Assembly (NCBI GenBank): GCA_040414485.1
Contig: JBEDUK010000053.1
Span: forward strand, 3,887-67,886
Length of the DNA: 64,000 nucleotides
Origin: Actinomycetota bacterium
GTDB taxonomy: Bacteria; Actinomycetota; UBA4738
Direction: 5' to 3'
A program made the translations under genes and the position numbers. The notes under the pieces were generated by a model. It did no database searches. It was given only the letters and a program-made list of their open reading frames with translations, and was not told the origin of the DNA. Shown here one piece after another: positions 8,023 to 19,064 of this stretch (the stretch's first letter is position 1; every line of letters starts with the position of its first letter).

Positions 8023-11000
8023 GTGGCCTGGAACAACCCACCCATCCCGTGGTCCGAGTTCGAACGCCGGCTCTCCGGTGGCCGTCCTCCCGCGCTGCCA
8101 CCGGAGGGCGACCGGGACGGTGCGGCGTGGTCGCGGCGCCGCCAGCCGTATCGGCCACCGTCGGACCTCGGGCGGCGCCGCGACCACGCGACCGGGCCGC
8201 GTGACGGGCCCCACACCACCCCGCCCTATGCCGAACTGCACTGCCATTCGAACTTCTCGTTCCTGGACGGCGCCTCGCATCCCGAGGAACTCGCCGAGGA
8301 GGCGGCTCGCCTGGGTCTTTCCGCCCTGGCCCTCACCGACCACGACGGCTTCTACGGCGTGGTCCGCTTCGCCGAGGCCGCCCGCGCCGTCGGCCTCCCC
8401 ACGGTCTTCGGTGCCGAACTTACCCTGGACCTCACGCGCCCCCAGAACGGGGTCGCCGACCCCGAGGGCTCGCACCTGCTCGTCCTCGCCCGCGACCCCG
8501 AGGGGTACGCCCGTCTGTCCAGAACCCTCGCGAAGGCCCAGATGGACGGCAGGGAGAAGGGCCGCCCCAAGTCCAGTCTCACCGACCTGTTCGACGCGCA
8601 CGACGGTCACTGGCTGGTCCTGACCGGATGCCGGAAGGGGCCGGTGCCGGCGGCGCTCGCGGCCGGCGGTCCCGACGCCGCGAACAGAGCGCTCCGACAG
8701 CTCACCGACGGGTTCGGCCCGGAGAACGTCGCCGTCGAGCTCTGGGACCACGGCGACCCGCTGGACGGCGAACGCAACGACGCGCTGGCCGCATTAGGAT
8801 CGTCAGCCGACCTTACGATCGTCGCGACGAACGCCGTCCACTACGCCACACCGTCCAGAAGGCCGCTGGCGACCGCCATGGCCGCCGTCAGGGCACGCAG
8901 GTCGCTGGACGAACTGGACGGTTGGCTCCCCGCCGGCGCGGCCGCCCACCTGCGAAGCCCGGAGGAGCAGCATCGCCGCTTCGGCTCCCGCTATCCCGGT
9001 GCCGTGGAGCGCGCCGCCACCATCGCCCACGAGTGCGCATTCGACCTGAAACTGGTCGCGCCGGCGCTCCCCCGCTGCGATGCCGAGCCTGGATACGACG
9101 ACGAGATGTCGTGGCTCCGAGAGCTCACCCGCCGCGGCGCGCTGAAGCGCTACGGGCCCCCGAACAACGAACGCCAGCCCGGCGCGTACAGGCAGATCGC
9201 GCACGAGCTGGACCTGATCGAATCCCTCGGATATCCGGGCTATTTCCTGATCGTGCACGACATCGTGGACTTCTGCCGAAAGAACGACATCTACTGCCAG
9301 GGACGCGGCTCCGCCGCGAACTCCGCCGTCTGTTACGCCCTGGGGATCACGAAGGCCGATCCCATCGAGCTCAATCTGCTGTTCGAACGCTTCCTCTCAC
9401 CCGAGCGCGACGGCCCACCGGACATCGATCTGGACATCGAGAACGGCCGAAGAGAGGAGGCCATCCAGTTCGTCTATGAGAAGTACGGCCGCGAGAACGC
9501 CGCACAGGTGGCGAACGTGATCACGTACCGCCCGCGCTCGGCCGTCAGGGACATGGGCCGTGCGCTCGGCTTTCCGCCCGGGCAACTGGACGCCTGGTCG
9601 AAGCTGATCGACGTCTGGTGGCTGAAGGACATGAACGACGGGCGCGACCACGAGGTCCCCGAACAGGTTCTGTCGTTGGCGCGCGAACTCGAGACGTTCC
9701 CGCGGCACCTCGGCATCCACTCGGGCGGCATGGTCCTGTGCGACCGCCCGGTGGTGGACGTGTGCCCGGTCGAATGGGCCCGAATGGAGAACCGCAGCGT
9801 CCTGCAGTGGGACAAGGACGACTGCGCCGCGGCGGGTTTGGTGAAGTTCGATCTGCTCGGCCTCGGGATGCTGACGGCGCTGCACCTGTGCGTTGATCTG
9901 ATCCGCGAGCACCACGGGGCCCAGGTCGACCTCGCGGAGATCCCGCAGGAGGACGAGGTCTACGAGATGCTCTCGGCGGCCGACACCGTGGGCGTGTTCC
10001 AGGTGGAGAGCCGGGCGCAGATGGCGACGCTCCCACGCCTGCGACCGAGGGAGTTCTACGACATCGTCGTCGAGGTCGCGCTCATCCGCCCCGGCCCCAT
10101 CCAGGGCGGCGCCGTCCATCCGTACATCCGCCGGCGCAACGGCCGCGAGCCCGTCACGTACCTCCACCCGCTGCTGGAGAAGTCGCTGGAGAAGACGCTC
10201 GGCGTGCCGCTGTTCCAGGAGCAGCTGATGCAGATGGCCATCGACGTGGCCGGCTTCACGCCCGCCGAATCCGACCAGTTGCGCCAGGCCATGAGCTCGA
10301 AACGTTCGGCCGAACGGATGGAGGCGCTGAAGGGGCGGCTGTTCGAAGGGATGGCCCGCAACGGGATCCTCGGGCGCGTTGCCGAGGAGATCTACGAGAA
10401 GCTGGCCGCGTTCGCGAACTTCGGCTTTCCGGAGTCGCATGCCGCGTCGTTCGCGTATCTGGTGTACGCGAGCGCCTGGCTGAAATTGCACTACCCGGCG
10501 GCGTTCTGCGCGTCGCTGCTGAACGCCCAGCCGATGGGGTTCTGGTCGCCGAACACCCTCGTGGCGGACGCGCGCCGGCACGGGGTGGAGATCAGGGGCG
10601 TCGACGTGAACGCCAGCGCTGCGGACGCCACGCTCGAACCGTGCGCAGCGTCCACCGGCGGCATGGCGATCCGCCTAGGCGTCTCGTCCGTTCGCGACGT
10701 CGGCGAGGATCTGGCGAAGGCCATCGCGGACGGCAGGCCCTACGCGTCGCTGGAGGAGGTGGTCCGTCGGGCCGGAGCCGGCCGGGCGGCCATGGAGGCC
10801 CTGGCCACGGCAGGCGCGTTCGCGTGCTTCGGCCTGGACCGCCGCCGGGCACTCTGGGCGGCCGGCGCCGCCGCCGAAGCCCGCGCCGACCGGTTGCCCG
10901 GCACCGTGGTCGGCGTGGACGCGCCCACGCTCCCGGGCATGTCGCGCGTCGACGAGGTGGCAGCCGACCTGTGGGCGACCGGCATCGCACCGGACGACCA

Positions 11001-11355
11001 CCCGATCCGGTTCGTCCGCGAACACCTCGACGGGATCGGCGCCGTCAGGATCGATCGCCTGGCGGACATGCCGAACGGGGCGATGGTCGCAGTCGGGGGC
11101 ACGGTCACACACCGGCAGATGCCGGCGACCGCCCAGGGCACGGTGTTCATCAACCTCGAGGACGAGGGCGGCCTGCTGAACGTGATCTGTTCGAAGGGGG
11201 TCTGGTCCCGCTATCGCCGGGTAGCAAGGCTCAGTCCGGCGCTCCTGATCCGAGGGAAGCTCGAACACTACGAGGGCGTGATCAGCCTGGTCGCCGCGAG
11301 GATCGACCCGCTCACCCTGAGGACCGGCGCCGCGAGGTCCCGCGACTTTCGTTGA
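8023..11355 (+). CDS. dnaE2: error-prone DNA polymerase (DnaE2, C-family)
   Basis: PHP domain YAELHCHSNFSFLDGASHPEEL. 1110 aa. DnaE2-type N-terminus (PIPWSEFERRLSGG). Last gene of the mutasome cassette. Confidence 0.9.
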   Translation: MAWNNPPIPWSEFERRLSGGRPPALPPEGDRDGAAWSRRRQPYRPPSDLGRRRDHATGPRDGPHTTPPYAELHCHSNFSFLDGASHPEELAEEAARLGLSALALTDHDGFYGVVRFAEAARAVGLPTVFGAELTLDLTRPQNGVADPEGSHLLVLARDPEGYARLSRTLAKAQMDGREKGRPKSSLTDLFDAHDGHWLVLTGCRKGPVPAALAAGGPDAANRALRQLTDGFGPENVAVELWDHGDPLDGERNDALAALGSSADLTIVATNAVHYATPSRRPLATAMAAVRARRSLDELDGWLPAGAAAHLRSPEEQHRRFGSRYPGAVERAATIAHECAFDLKLVAPALPRCDAEPGYDDEMSWLRELTRRGALKRYGPPNNERQPGAYRQIAHELDLIESLGYPGYFLIVHDIVDFCRKNDIYCQGRGSAANSAVCYALGITKADPIELNLLFERFLSPERDGPPDIDLDIENGRREEAIQFVYEKYGRENAAQVANVITYRPRSAVRDMGRALGFPPGQLDAWSKLIDVWWLKDMNDGRDHEVPEQVLSLARELETFPRHLGIHSGGMVLCDRPVVDVCPVEWARMENRSVLQWDKDDCAAAGLVKFDLLGLGMLTALHLCVDLIREHHGAQVDLAEIPQEDEVYEMLSAADTVGVFQVESRAQMATLPRLRPREFYDIVVEVALIRPGPIQGGAVHPYIRRRNGREPVTYLHPLLEKSLEKTLGVPLFQEQLMQMAIDVAGFTPAESDQLRQAMSSKRSAERMEALKGRLFEGMARNGILGRVAEEIYEKLAAFANFGFPESHAASFAYLVYASAWLKLHYPAAFCASLLNAQPMGFWSPNTLVADARRHGVEIRGVDVNASAADATLEPCAASTGGMAIRLGVSSVRDVGEDLAKAIADGRPYASLEEVVRRAGAGRAAMEALATAGAFACFGLDRRRALWAAGAAAEARADRLPGTVVGVDAPTLPGMSRVDEVAADLWATGIAPDDHPIRFVREHLDGIGAVRIDRLADMPNGAMVAVGGTVTHRQMPATAQGTVFINLEDEGGLLNVICSKGVWSRYRRVARLSPALLIRGKLEHYEGVISLVAARIDPLTLRTGAARSRDFR

Positions 11356-11369
11356 GTTGCGCCTCGTCG

Positions 11370-12251
11370 CTACGTATCGAAACCGAGGTACCGGCCGGCA
11401 AGCACCTCACGAATGCCCGCAGGCAATGCGCTGGTGGCGAGGATCTCCTCCAACGCCATCGATGAGAACGCCGATTCGTCGGACAGCATCGCGCCGTACC
11501 GCGCACAGAGCTCCGCGATGTCGGTGTTGCCGGCGGGATGGATAACGACGAAGCGCCCCCAGGTCCATTCGCCGCCGTCGTGCTGCAGCATCGAGAACAT
11601 GAGCAGGTGTTCGAGCCACGTCACCGCGAGTTCGCCCCTCCCCTTGAGCGAATCGATCGCGACGGGAGCGAAGGCGCCGGATCGCCCGGCGACTTCGACG
11701 TAGCGCGACAGGTTCTCCGGACGGGGGGTCTCCGCCTTGCGCCGCTCGTGGTACTTCACGTCGACCGCCACGATCCCCTTGGTCCCGTCGCCTCGATCCA
11801 GCACGAACGCCGCGTCGAAAGCGCGCAGGCTGTTCAGGTAGGCCGGGTCCAGGCGCCCGGGCGAATGGGCGAACCGGACCTCGCTGACCGAGCCGGGCGC
11901 GTCCGGCCACCAGGCGTGCACCGCCCGATCGGCCAGCCGAAGGTCGGCAGCGAGGTCACCGAACAGGTTGAACGCCAGCGACGGCGACCACAGCAGGTCC
12001 GCCCACAGGCGCTGGCGGTCGAACGTCTGGTTGGGCTCCTTCGCCGCGGTTCGAGCCTGTGCCGCCTCCCACGCCGCACCGGTCAGGAAGTTCGCGCCCC
12101 TTTCGAGCGCGTAATCGAGCGGCAGCCGGCTTCCCACCTGACGCACGGTCTTGCCCTCGCGGGGCACGATCGGCTGCGTGCCGATCGGGTGACCGTTCGC
12201 CTCGCGCCACCTACCCTGCTGCAGTCGAAGCTTCCGCCGGAACGCAGTCAT
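11370..12251 (-). CDS. hypothetical protein (294 aa), function unknown
   Basis: Strong GC3 bias. Internal ATG start chosen; the N-terminal extension of the track ORF is Arg-rich junk. No motif I can name with confidence. Confidence 0.5.
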   Translation of the reverse strand: MTAFRRKLRLQQGRWREANGHPIGTQPIVPREGKTVRQVGSRLPLDYALERGANFLTGAAWEAAQARTAAKEPNQTFDRQRLWADLLWSPSLAFNLFGDLAADLRLADRAVHAWWPDAPGSVSEVRFAHSPGRLDPAYLNSLRAFDAAFVLDRGDGTKGIVAVDVKYHERRKAETPRPENLSRYVEVAGRSGAFAPVAIDSLKGRGELAVTWLEHLLMFSMLQHDGGEWTWGRFVVIHPAGNTDIAELCARYGAMLSDESAFSSMALEEILATSALPAGIREVLAGRYLGFDT

Positions 12252-12331
12252 GTCCCGCCGACCGGGCACCTCGTCCTCCGCCTCCCAGCAGTGCGCGGCT
12301 TCGAGTTCCTCCCTCGACGGCCCGGAACCCG

Positions 12332-13018
12332 TCACCGGCGCACACCGACCTCGTCCAGATGCCACAGCAGGTCGGCCGGGTCCTGATACACGCGATACGC
12401 GCCCGCGCGCTCCAACTCGTCGCGGCCGTAGCCACCGGACAGCAGGCCCACGCCGAGTGCCCTGGCGCGCCGCGCGGCCAGCAGGTCCCACACGCTGTCG
12501 CCGACGACGGTGGCGTGTTCGATGTCGACGCCGAGCCGCTTCGCCGCTGTCAGGAACAGATCCGGGTCGGGCTTGGCGAAGCGAACCTCGTCCCGCGTGA
12601 CGACCGGTACGCCCTCGGGCACACCGAGCAGCGCGACCGACGGTCCGGCCGTCCGATGGCTGCCGCTCGTCGCGATGGCCCACAGCACGCCGAGGCGCGT
12701 GAGTTCATCCAGCAACTCGCGGGCGCCGGGCAGGGGTCGCACCTGATCCAGGAGCCGAACGAACGCCTCGGCGTGCGCGTCGCGAAGACGCGCCGCCTCT
12801 TCCGGCGTCACGTCCCTTCCCGTCTCGCGCAGCAGCGCGTTCGCGAACAACCCGCCACTCATCCCGACCCGGCGGTGGATCCGCCACACGGACAGCTCGA
12901 TGCCGGCCTCGCGGAGGGCCGTCTGCCATGCCAGGACGTGCTGATAGACGGAATCCACCAGCGTCCCGTCCAGGTCGAAGAGGAACGCGTCCTTCGACCG
13001 CTCCCCGTCCTCGTCCAC
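12332..13018 (-). CDS. HAD-IA family hydrolase (phosphatase / beta-phosphoglucomutase-like)
   Basis: Motif I FLFDLDGTLVDS and motif IV VVGDSVWDL. Confidence 0.85.
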   Translation of the reverse strand: MDEDGERSKDAFLFDLDGTLVDSVYQHVLAWQTALREAGIELSVWRIHRRVGMSGGLFANALLRETGRDVTPEEAARLRDAHAEAFVRLLDQVRPLPGARELLDELTRLGVLWAIATSGSHRTAGPSVALLGVPEGVPVVTRDEVRFAKPDPDLFLTAAKRLGVDIEHATVVGDSVWDLLAARRARALGVGLLSGGYGRDELERAGAYRVYQDPADLLWHLDEVGVRR

Positions 13019-13086
13019 AGCTTGGACCGTACCCGGAACGGCTGAACGGCGCGCAACGCCGCCGCGGCCACTAGAGTCGAACGCGC

Positions 13087-14301
13087 ATGGACGTCGCGAT
13101 CACCGGTGGCCGCGTGGTGCCCGTCGAGGGCGACCCGATCGATCAAGGGACGATCCTCATCACAGACGGCCGGATCGCGGCGATCGGCGCGCCGGCCGAC
13201 GTCACCGTCCCGGACGGCGCCCAGACGATCGATGCGGCCGGCCGATGGGTCCTCCCCGGATTCGTCGAAACCCACGCCCACATCGGGGTCGACGAGCAGG
13301 GCGAGGGGTGGGCCGGAAAGGACTACAACGAGACGGCCGACCCGAACGCCGCCCGTCTGCGCGCGATCGACGGCATCAATCCAGCGGATCTCGGATTCGT
13401 CGACGCGCTCTCCGGCGGCGTGACCACCGCGGTCATCAAACCGGGCTCGGGCAATCCGATCGGTGGCCAGACCGTCGCCATCAAGACATGGGGTCGAACC
13501 CAGGACGAGATGCTCCTGAAGGGACCGTGCAGCGTCAAGAGCGCCCTCGGCGAGAACCCGAAGCGCAAGCCGGGTGACCAGGCGCAACTGCCGATCACCC
13601 GGATGGGCGTCGCCGCGCTGATCCGGGAGGCCTTCCGCAGGGCCCAGGACTACCGCGCGAAGCGCGATCGAGCGGCGGAGAAGGGCGATCCGTTCGACCG
13701 GGATCTGGCGCTGGAGACGCTCGTCATGGTCCTGGAACGCGAGCTTCCATGGTGCCAGCACGTCCACCGCGCCGACGACATCGCCACGGCGATCCGGCTG
13801 TCCGACGAGTTCGGCTACCGCCTGGTGATCAACCACGGCACCGAGGCGCACCTCCTGGCCGACCTTATCGCCGAGCGCGACATCCCGGTGATCATCGGGC
13901 CGCTGTTCAGCACCAGGACGAAGGTCGAACTTCGCCAGCGCAGCCTGCGGTCGCCGGGCATCCTCGACCGCGCCGGCGTCCGGATCGCCATCACGACCGA
14001 TCACCCTGTCGTCGGCATCCAGTACCTCGTTCTGCAGGCGATCATGGCCGTCAGAGAGGGCCTGGATCGGGATGCCGCGCTGCGATCGCTGACGATCGAA
14101 CCGGCCCGGATCTTGGGCCTCGACGACCGCGTCGGCGCGCTCACGGCCGGCCGCGACGCCGACGTGGTCCTCTGGTCGGGAGATCCCCTGGATGCGATGA
14201 GCCGCCCGCTTCAGGTGCTCGTGGGCGGGCGGCCCGTGTACCGCTTCGACGATCGATCGGGCGTCGGCGTCGCCGACGATCCGTTCTACACAGAGAGATG
14301 A
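13087..14301 (+). CDS. amidohydrolase family metal-dependent hydrolase
   Basis: VLPGFVETHAHIG metal-binding HxH and the overall amidohydrolase_1 layout. Confidence 0.85.
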   Translation: MDVAITGGRVVPVEGDPIDQGTILITDGRIAAIGAPADVTVPDGAQTIDAAGRWVLPGFVETHAHIGVDEQGEGWAGKDYNETADPNAARLRAIDGINPADLGFVDALSGGVTTAVIKPGSGNPIGGQTVAIKTWGRTQDEMLLKGPCSVKSALGENPKRKPGDQAQLPITRMGVAALIREAFRRAQDYRAKRDRAAEKGDPFDRDLALETLVMVLERELPWCQHVHRADDIATAIRLSDEFGYRLVINHGTEAHLLADLIAERDIPVIIGPLFSTRTKVELRQRSLRSPGILDRAGVRIAITTDHPVVGIQYLVLQAIMAVREGLDRDAALRSLTIEPARILGLDDRVGALTAGRDADVVLWSGDPLDAMSRPLQVLVGGRPVYRFDDRSGVGVADDPFYTER

Positions 14302-14317
14302 AGCAACGCCGCGGCGG

Positions 14318-14539
14318 CTACGCCGCGGCCAGATCGCTGAGCACGACCGTGCGCGCCTCGCGCACGCAGGCGTCGTACTCGCGCTTGCGGATCACGACGA
14401 GCGCCTTGATGGCCTCGACGTGCCCGGACTCGTCGCGGAGCTGCTCGTACTCGTCCTTGAACTGACGCAGGAGCAGCCGTTCGGCCTCGAGCCGGATGAG
14501 CCCCTCGCCCTTCACCACCATGCTCATGGAGCGTGTCAC
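14318..14539 (-). CDS. small hypothetical protein (about 73 aa), predicted coiled-coil
   Basis: Very strong GC3 codon bias. GGAAAGGG RBS-like sequence upstream of the GTG/ATG start. Confidence 0.45.
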   Translation of the reverse strand: MTRSMSMVVKGEGLIRLEAERLLLRQFKDEYEQLRDESGHVEAIKALVVIRKREYDACVREARTVVLSDLAAA

Positions 14540-14672
14540 CCTTTCCCTTTCCGTTGGTGTGTTTGTACCACGATCAACGCAAGAGGTAATAGTGACGTTC
14601 CCAGGGCCGTCGTCGACGCAACAGGTTCGTCATATCCTCGTGCCGCCCACGAGCCACCGAACGGGAGCGACC

Positions 14673-15758
14673 ATGGCCTCGGACATCGATGACATCAGCC
14701 TCATGGAGCTGCAGCTCGCGGCGCGAAATCACGGCATGCCGCTCGAGGCGCTGCAGTGGGACGTCACCCCGATCGGGCTCCATTACCTGCTCACGCACTT
14801 CGACATCCCGGCCGTGGACCCGAACGCTTGGCGCCTCGGGGTCGGGGGCCGCGTCGAGAACGGGATGACGTTGACCCTGGAGGAACTGCGCGCGCGCCCG
14901 GCGGTGACGGCCGCCGTCACGTTCGAATGCGCCGGCAACGGGCGTGCCCACCTGTCGCCCAGACCCGCCAGCCAGCCGTGGATCTCCGAGGCGGTCGGGA
15001 CTGCCGAGTGGACCGGGACGCCGTTGCGAGGTCTGCTGGAGGAAGCCGGCCTCAGGGACGACGTCGTCGAGGTGACGTTCGCCGGGCTCGACCGCGGGAT
15101 CGAGGGTGACGTCGAGCACATCTTCGAGCGGAGCCTCACGGTGGACGAGGCCATGCGGAACGACGTGCTCCTCGCGTACGAGATCAACGGCGTGCCGCTC
15201 CCACCGCAGCACGGTTTCCCGCTGCGCCTGGTGGTGCCCGGCTGGTACGGGATGACGAACGTAAAGTGGCTCGAGCGGATCACGGCCATTTCCGAGCCGT
15301 TCGACGGCATCCAGCAGTCGAAGAACTACCGGTTCAAGATGGACTCGGACGACAAGGGCACGCCGTTGTCGCGGATGCGGCCGCGCGCGTTGATGGTGCC
15401 GCCGGGCACGCCGGACTTCCCGGAGCGGCGACGGTTCGTGCCGGTGGGGCGCCACGAGCTGGTGGGCAAGGCCTGGTCCGGCTCGGCGCCGATCGCTCGG
15501 GTCGAGGTGAGCACCGATGGCGGCACGTCCTGGTCGGACGCGCGGCTCGTCGCCGGCGCGCCCGGCGCGTGGAGCTCCTGGACGTTCGAATGGGCGCCGT
15601 CCGAGCCCGGTGACGTCGAGCTTCTCTGCAGGGCGACCGATGCGGAGGGCAATTCCCAACCGGATGAACCCGAGTGGAACGCCGGTGGCTACGTGAACAA
15701 CTCGGTGCAGCGCGTGCCCGTCACGATCATCGACGACGGCAGCAGGTCAGGTTCGTAA
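14673..15758 (+). CDS. sulfite oxidase-family molybdopterin oxidoreductase
   Basis: NGVPLPPQHGFPLRLVVPGWYGMTNVKWLERI is the Mo-cofactor domain signature, followed by a C-terminal dimerisation/Ig domain. Start trimmed to the ATG after a GGGAG RBS. Confidence 0.85.
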   Translation: MASDIDDISLMELQLAARNHGMPLEALQWDVTPIGLHYLLTHFDIPAVDPNAWRLGVGGRVENGMTLTLEELRARPAVTAAVTFECAGNGRAHLSPRPASQPWISEAVGTAEWTGTPLRGLLEEAGLRDDVVEVTFAGLDRGIEGDVEHIFERSLTVDEAMRNDVLLAYEINGVPLPPQHGFPLRLVVPGWYGMTNVKWLERITAISEPFDGIQQSKNYRFKMDSDDKGTPLSRMRPRALMVPPGTPDFPERRRFVPVGRHELVGKAWSGSAPIARVEVSTDGGTSWSDARLVAGAPGAWSSWTFEWAPSEPGDVELLCRATDAEGNSQPDEPEWNAGGYVNNSVQRVPVTIIDDGSRSGS

Positions 15759-17702
15759 CGTAGCCTGACTATCTTCAGGCTCGCGCTCGCCGCCGGTGAG
15801 TCGCGAGGCGATCGCGCCGCCGGCAGCAACGATGAACCAAACGACCCACGACACCGTCGTTCCCAGACCCACGCCCAGACGCGAAACGATCGTCCCAACG
15901 AGAACGAGCGAGCCCGCCCCGACCGCCGGCGTCAGGCCGTATCGGACGGCCGGGTGCGCTCGATCGCCAAGGACCACGCGCGTCCAGCCATAGCCGGCGA
16001 TCGCCAGCAGCGCGAGGAATCCGACTGTCCACAGCGCTGAGGGAACCACACCCGGGAAGGAGTTCGGCTTCGTCGATGCTCGAGCGACATGAGTCGGCAA
16101 CCGGCCCCTGTCTCCGGGGAGCACGAGAACTCCAGGACCCACCGCCTTTCCCTCACTGCTCAGGTCGACGAACTCCTTCGTATCGAACGACCGAAGGATC
16201 AGGAACGGGGCCGGCGTGGAGCTCCGGAGCACGGGCTGAGCGGCATCCCAGTACGGCCTGACGGCGGCGCGCATCGCGGGACTGAGCCCGTTGAAGGGGT
16301 CGTTGAGCGCCGATGCGACGATGTTTCCGGGAACCATGTGAAGGTGCTCCTGGAGGTTCGCGGGCAGCGCCGCCCGTATCGTTCGTTCCTTGAGCGCAGC
16401 CGACTCAGTCCCCGCGGGACCGAACGGGCTCACCCAGATGACGAATGGACCTGGCTTCAGTGTTTCGAGCCAAGCCGCAGCCGTTCGCACTTCCTGAAGC
16501 GCCTCAGGGGTCACCCAGGGCTTGGGAGCGCCGCTCGCGTACCAGGCCGAGACACCCGGGATCGCCAGTAGGACGCAGGCCGCCGCCGCCACGACCGCGG
16601 CGCCCCTCCCCGCGCGCCGAGCCAACCAGCCAACGGCCTCGGCGATCGCGACGACGCCTGGCACCACGATCGCCAGCTCGAGGAACCGGTGCGGCGGAAG
16701 CTTCTTCGTCGCCAGCCCGAAGACGATTCCGCCTGCACAGACCACGAGCCATGCAGCCAGAAGAGACAGAAGAACGGCTCGCCGCCTCTCATGTCTTTTC
16801 TGCGCGTCCGCCGGCTCCAGCAATATCCACCCACCGAATGCGGCGACCGGCGCCAGAAGCCAGAGACGAAGGCGCGAGGCGTCGTTCGTCAGCTTCGGGA
16901 CGAACCGGCTTGGGTCCTCGCGCAATGAGATGGTGTTCGCCGGCGCGCGGAGCAGGCCGAACACCGTGACGCTCATCGCGCCGGCGACCCAGAGGCCCGC
17001 GGAGGTGAGCGTCCCGGCCTCGGTTCGCGCCAGCGACACGGCCTCGCCACGGCTGCGCCGAAGCGACCCCGGCGCCAGCAGGATCACCGCACCCAGCAGC
17101 ATCAGCCCGAACACGGCCAGGAAGAGCCAATGCGCCAGGCCCGCGGCAACGAGCAGAACGACGGAGCCGACGAACCCCCACCGTGAAGCGCCGTCTGCGG
17201 CCGCCGCCGCGACCAGCAGTGTCACCGCGGCGACACAAAGACAGAGAAACAGCAGCGTCGCGACGTTCTCGTCCACCAGCCGCGTCGCCCCCAGGACCGT
17301 TCCTCCGACCACGACCGCCGCCAGCCAGCGCCATCGATGGCGCCCGAGCGACGACCACACCAGCGCCCCGAGCGACAGCGCGAACACCCCCGGCAGCACG
17401 GGTCCGAGCAGGACGGCTACGGTGAACTGAGAGCGCCCGGTCAGCCCGCCGATCAGAGCCGCCAGCACGGCAGACCCGGGCCGGGTCGACGTCCCAAGGG
17501 GCCCCATCCCGTGGTCTGCGACGAACGACGCGCGCCACACGTACCAGGGCGCATCGAATCCGACCGGCAGGGTATATCCCTTCGTCCGGTACAAACCGAG
17601 ATAGACGCCCGCGACGCCGACGGCCAGCGCGGCGCAGGCGAGCGCCCAGCGCAGACTCGTGTTGCGGCCCGGTGGAGACGGTTCGTGCTGCTTGTTCGGC
17701 AT
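15747..17702 (-). CDS. GT-C-like polytopic membrane protein, paralogue A (unclassified family)
   Basis: More than 10 TM helices in the first ~350 aa. Loop-1 motif FDAPWYVWRASF. Extracytoplasmic C-terminal domain plus a terminal TM. Paralogous to genes at 20212, 22371, 26851 and 31564. Confidence 0.7.
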   Translation of the reverse strand: MPNKQHEPSPPGRNTSLRWALACAALAVGVAGVYLGLYRTKGYTLPVGFDAPWYVWRASFVADHGMGPLGTSTRPGSAVLAALIGGLTGRSQFTVAVLLGPVLPGVFALSLGALVWSSLGRHRWRWLAAVVVGGTVLGATRLVDENVATLLFLCLCVAAVTLLVAAAAADGASRWGFVGSVVLLVAAGLAHWLFLAVFGLMLLGAVILLAPGSLRRSRGEAVSLARTEAGTLTSAGLWVAGAMSVTVFGLLRAPANTISLREDPSRFVPKLTNDASRLRLWLLAPVAAFGGWILLEPADAQKRHERRRAVLLSLLAAWLVVCAGGIVFGLATKKLPPHRFLELAIVVPGVVAIAEAVGWLARRAGRGAAVVAAAACVLLAIPGVSAWYASGAPKPWVTPEALQEVRTAAAWLETLKPGPFVIWVSPFGPAGTESAALKERTIRAALPANLQEHLHMVPGNIVASALNDPFNGLSPAMRAAVRPYWDAAQPVLRSSTPAPFLILRSFDTKEFVDLSSEGKAVGPGVLVLPGDRGRLPTHVARASTKPNSFPGVVPSALWTVGFLALLAIAGYGWTRVVLGDRAHPAVRYGLTPAVGAGSLVLVGTIVSRLGVGLGTTVSWVVWFIVAAGGAIASRLTGGEREPEDSQATLRT

Positions 17703-17788
17703 AGAGGCGTTCCGTACGATAAGTCGTCCGCGCCGGCCGCGATGCACGAAGCACCATGCAGCCGCGCGGCCGCCATTCGTCTGGATGA

Positions 17789-19036
<1,248 letters not shown>

Positions 19037-19064
19037 CGCACCCGAGCCACGTGGGCACCCGGCA

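Noticed and set aside
6162-8219. 685-aa antisense ORF across imuB
   Set aside because: Shadow frame opposite a well-supported ImuB. Low-complexity Arg/Pro composition.
9397-10581. 394-aa antisense ORF inside dnaE2
   Set aside because: Shadow frame. DnaE2 is unambiguous on the other strand.
14540-14672. Possible Moco riboswitch upstream of the sulfite-oxidase-family gene
   Set aside because: Only ~130 nt and no recognisable conserved Moco-RNA motif. More likely a plain promoter/5'UTR.
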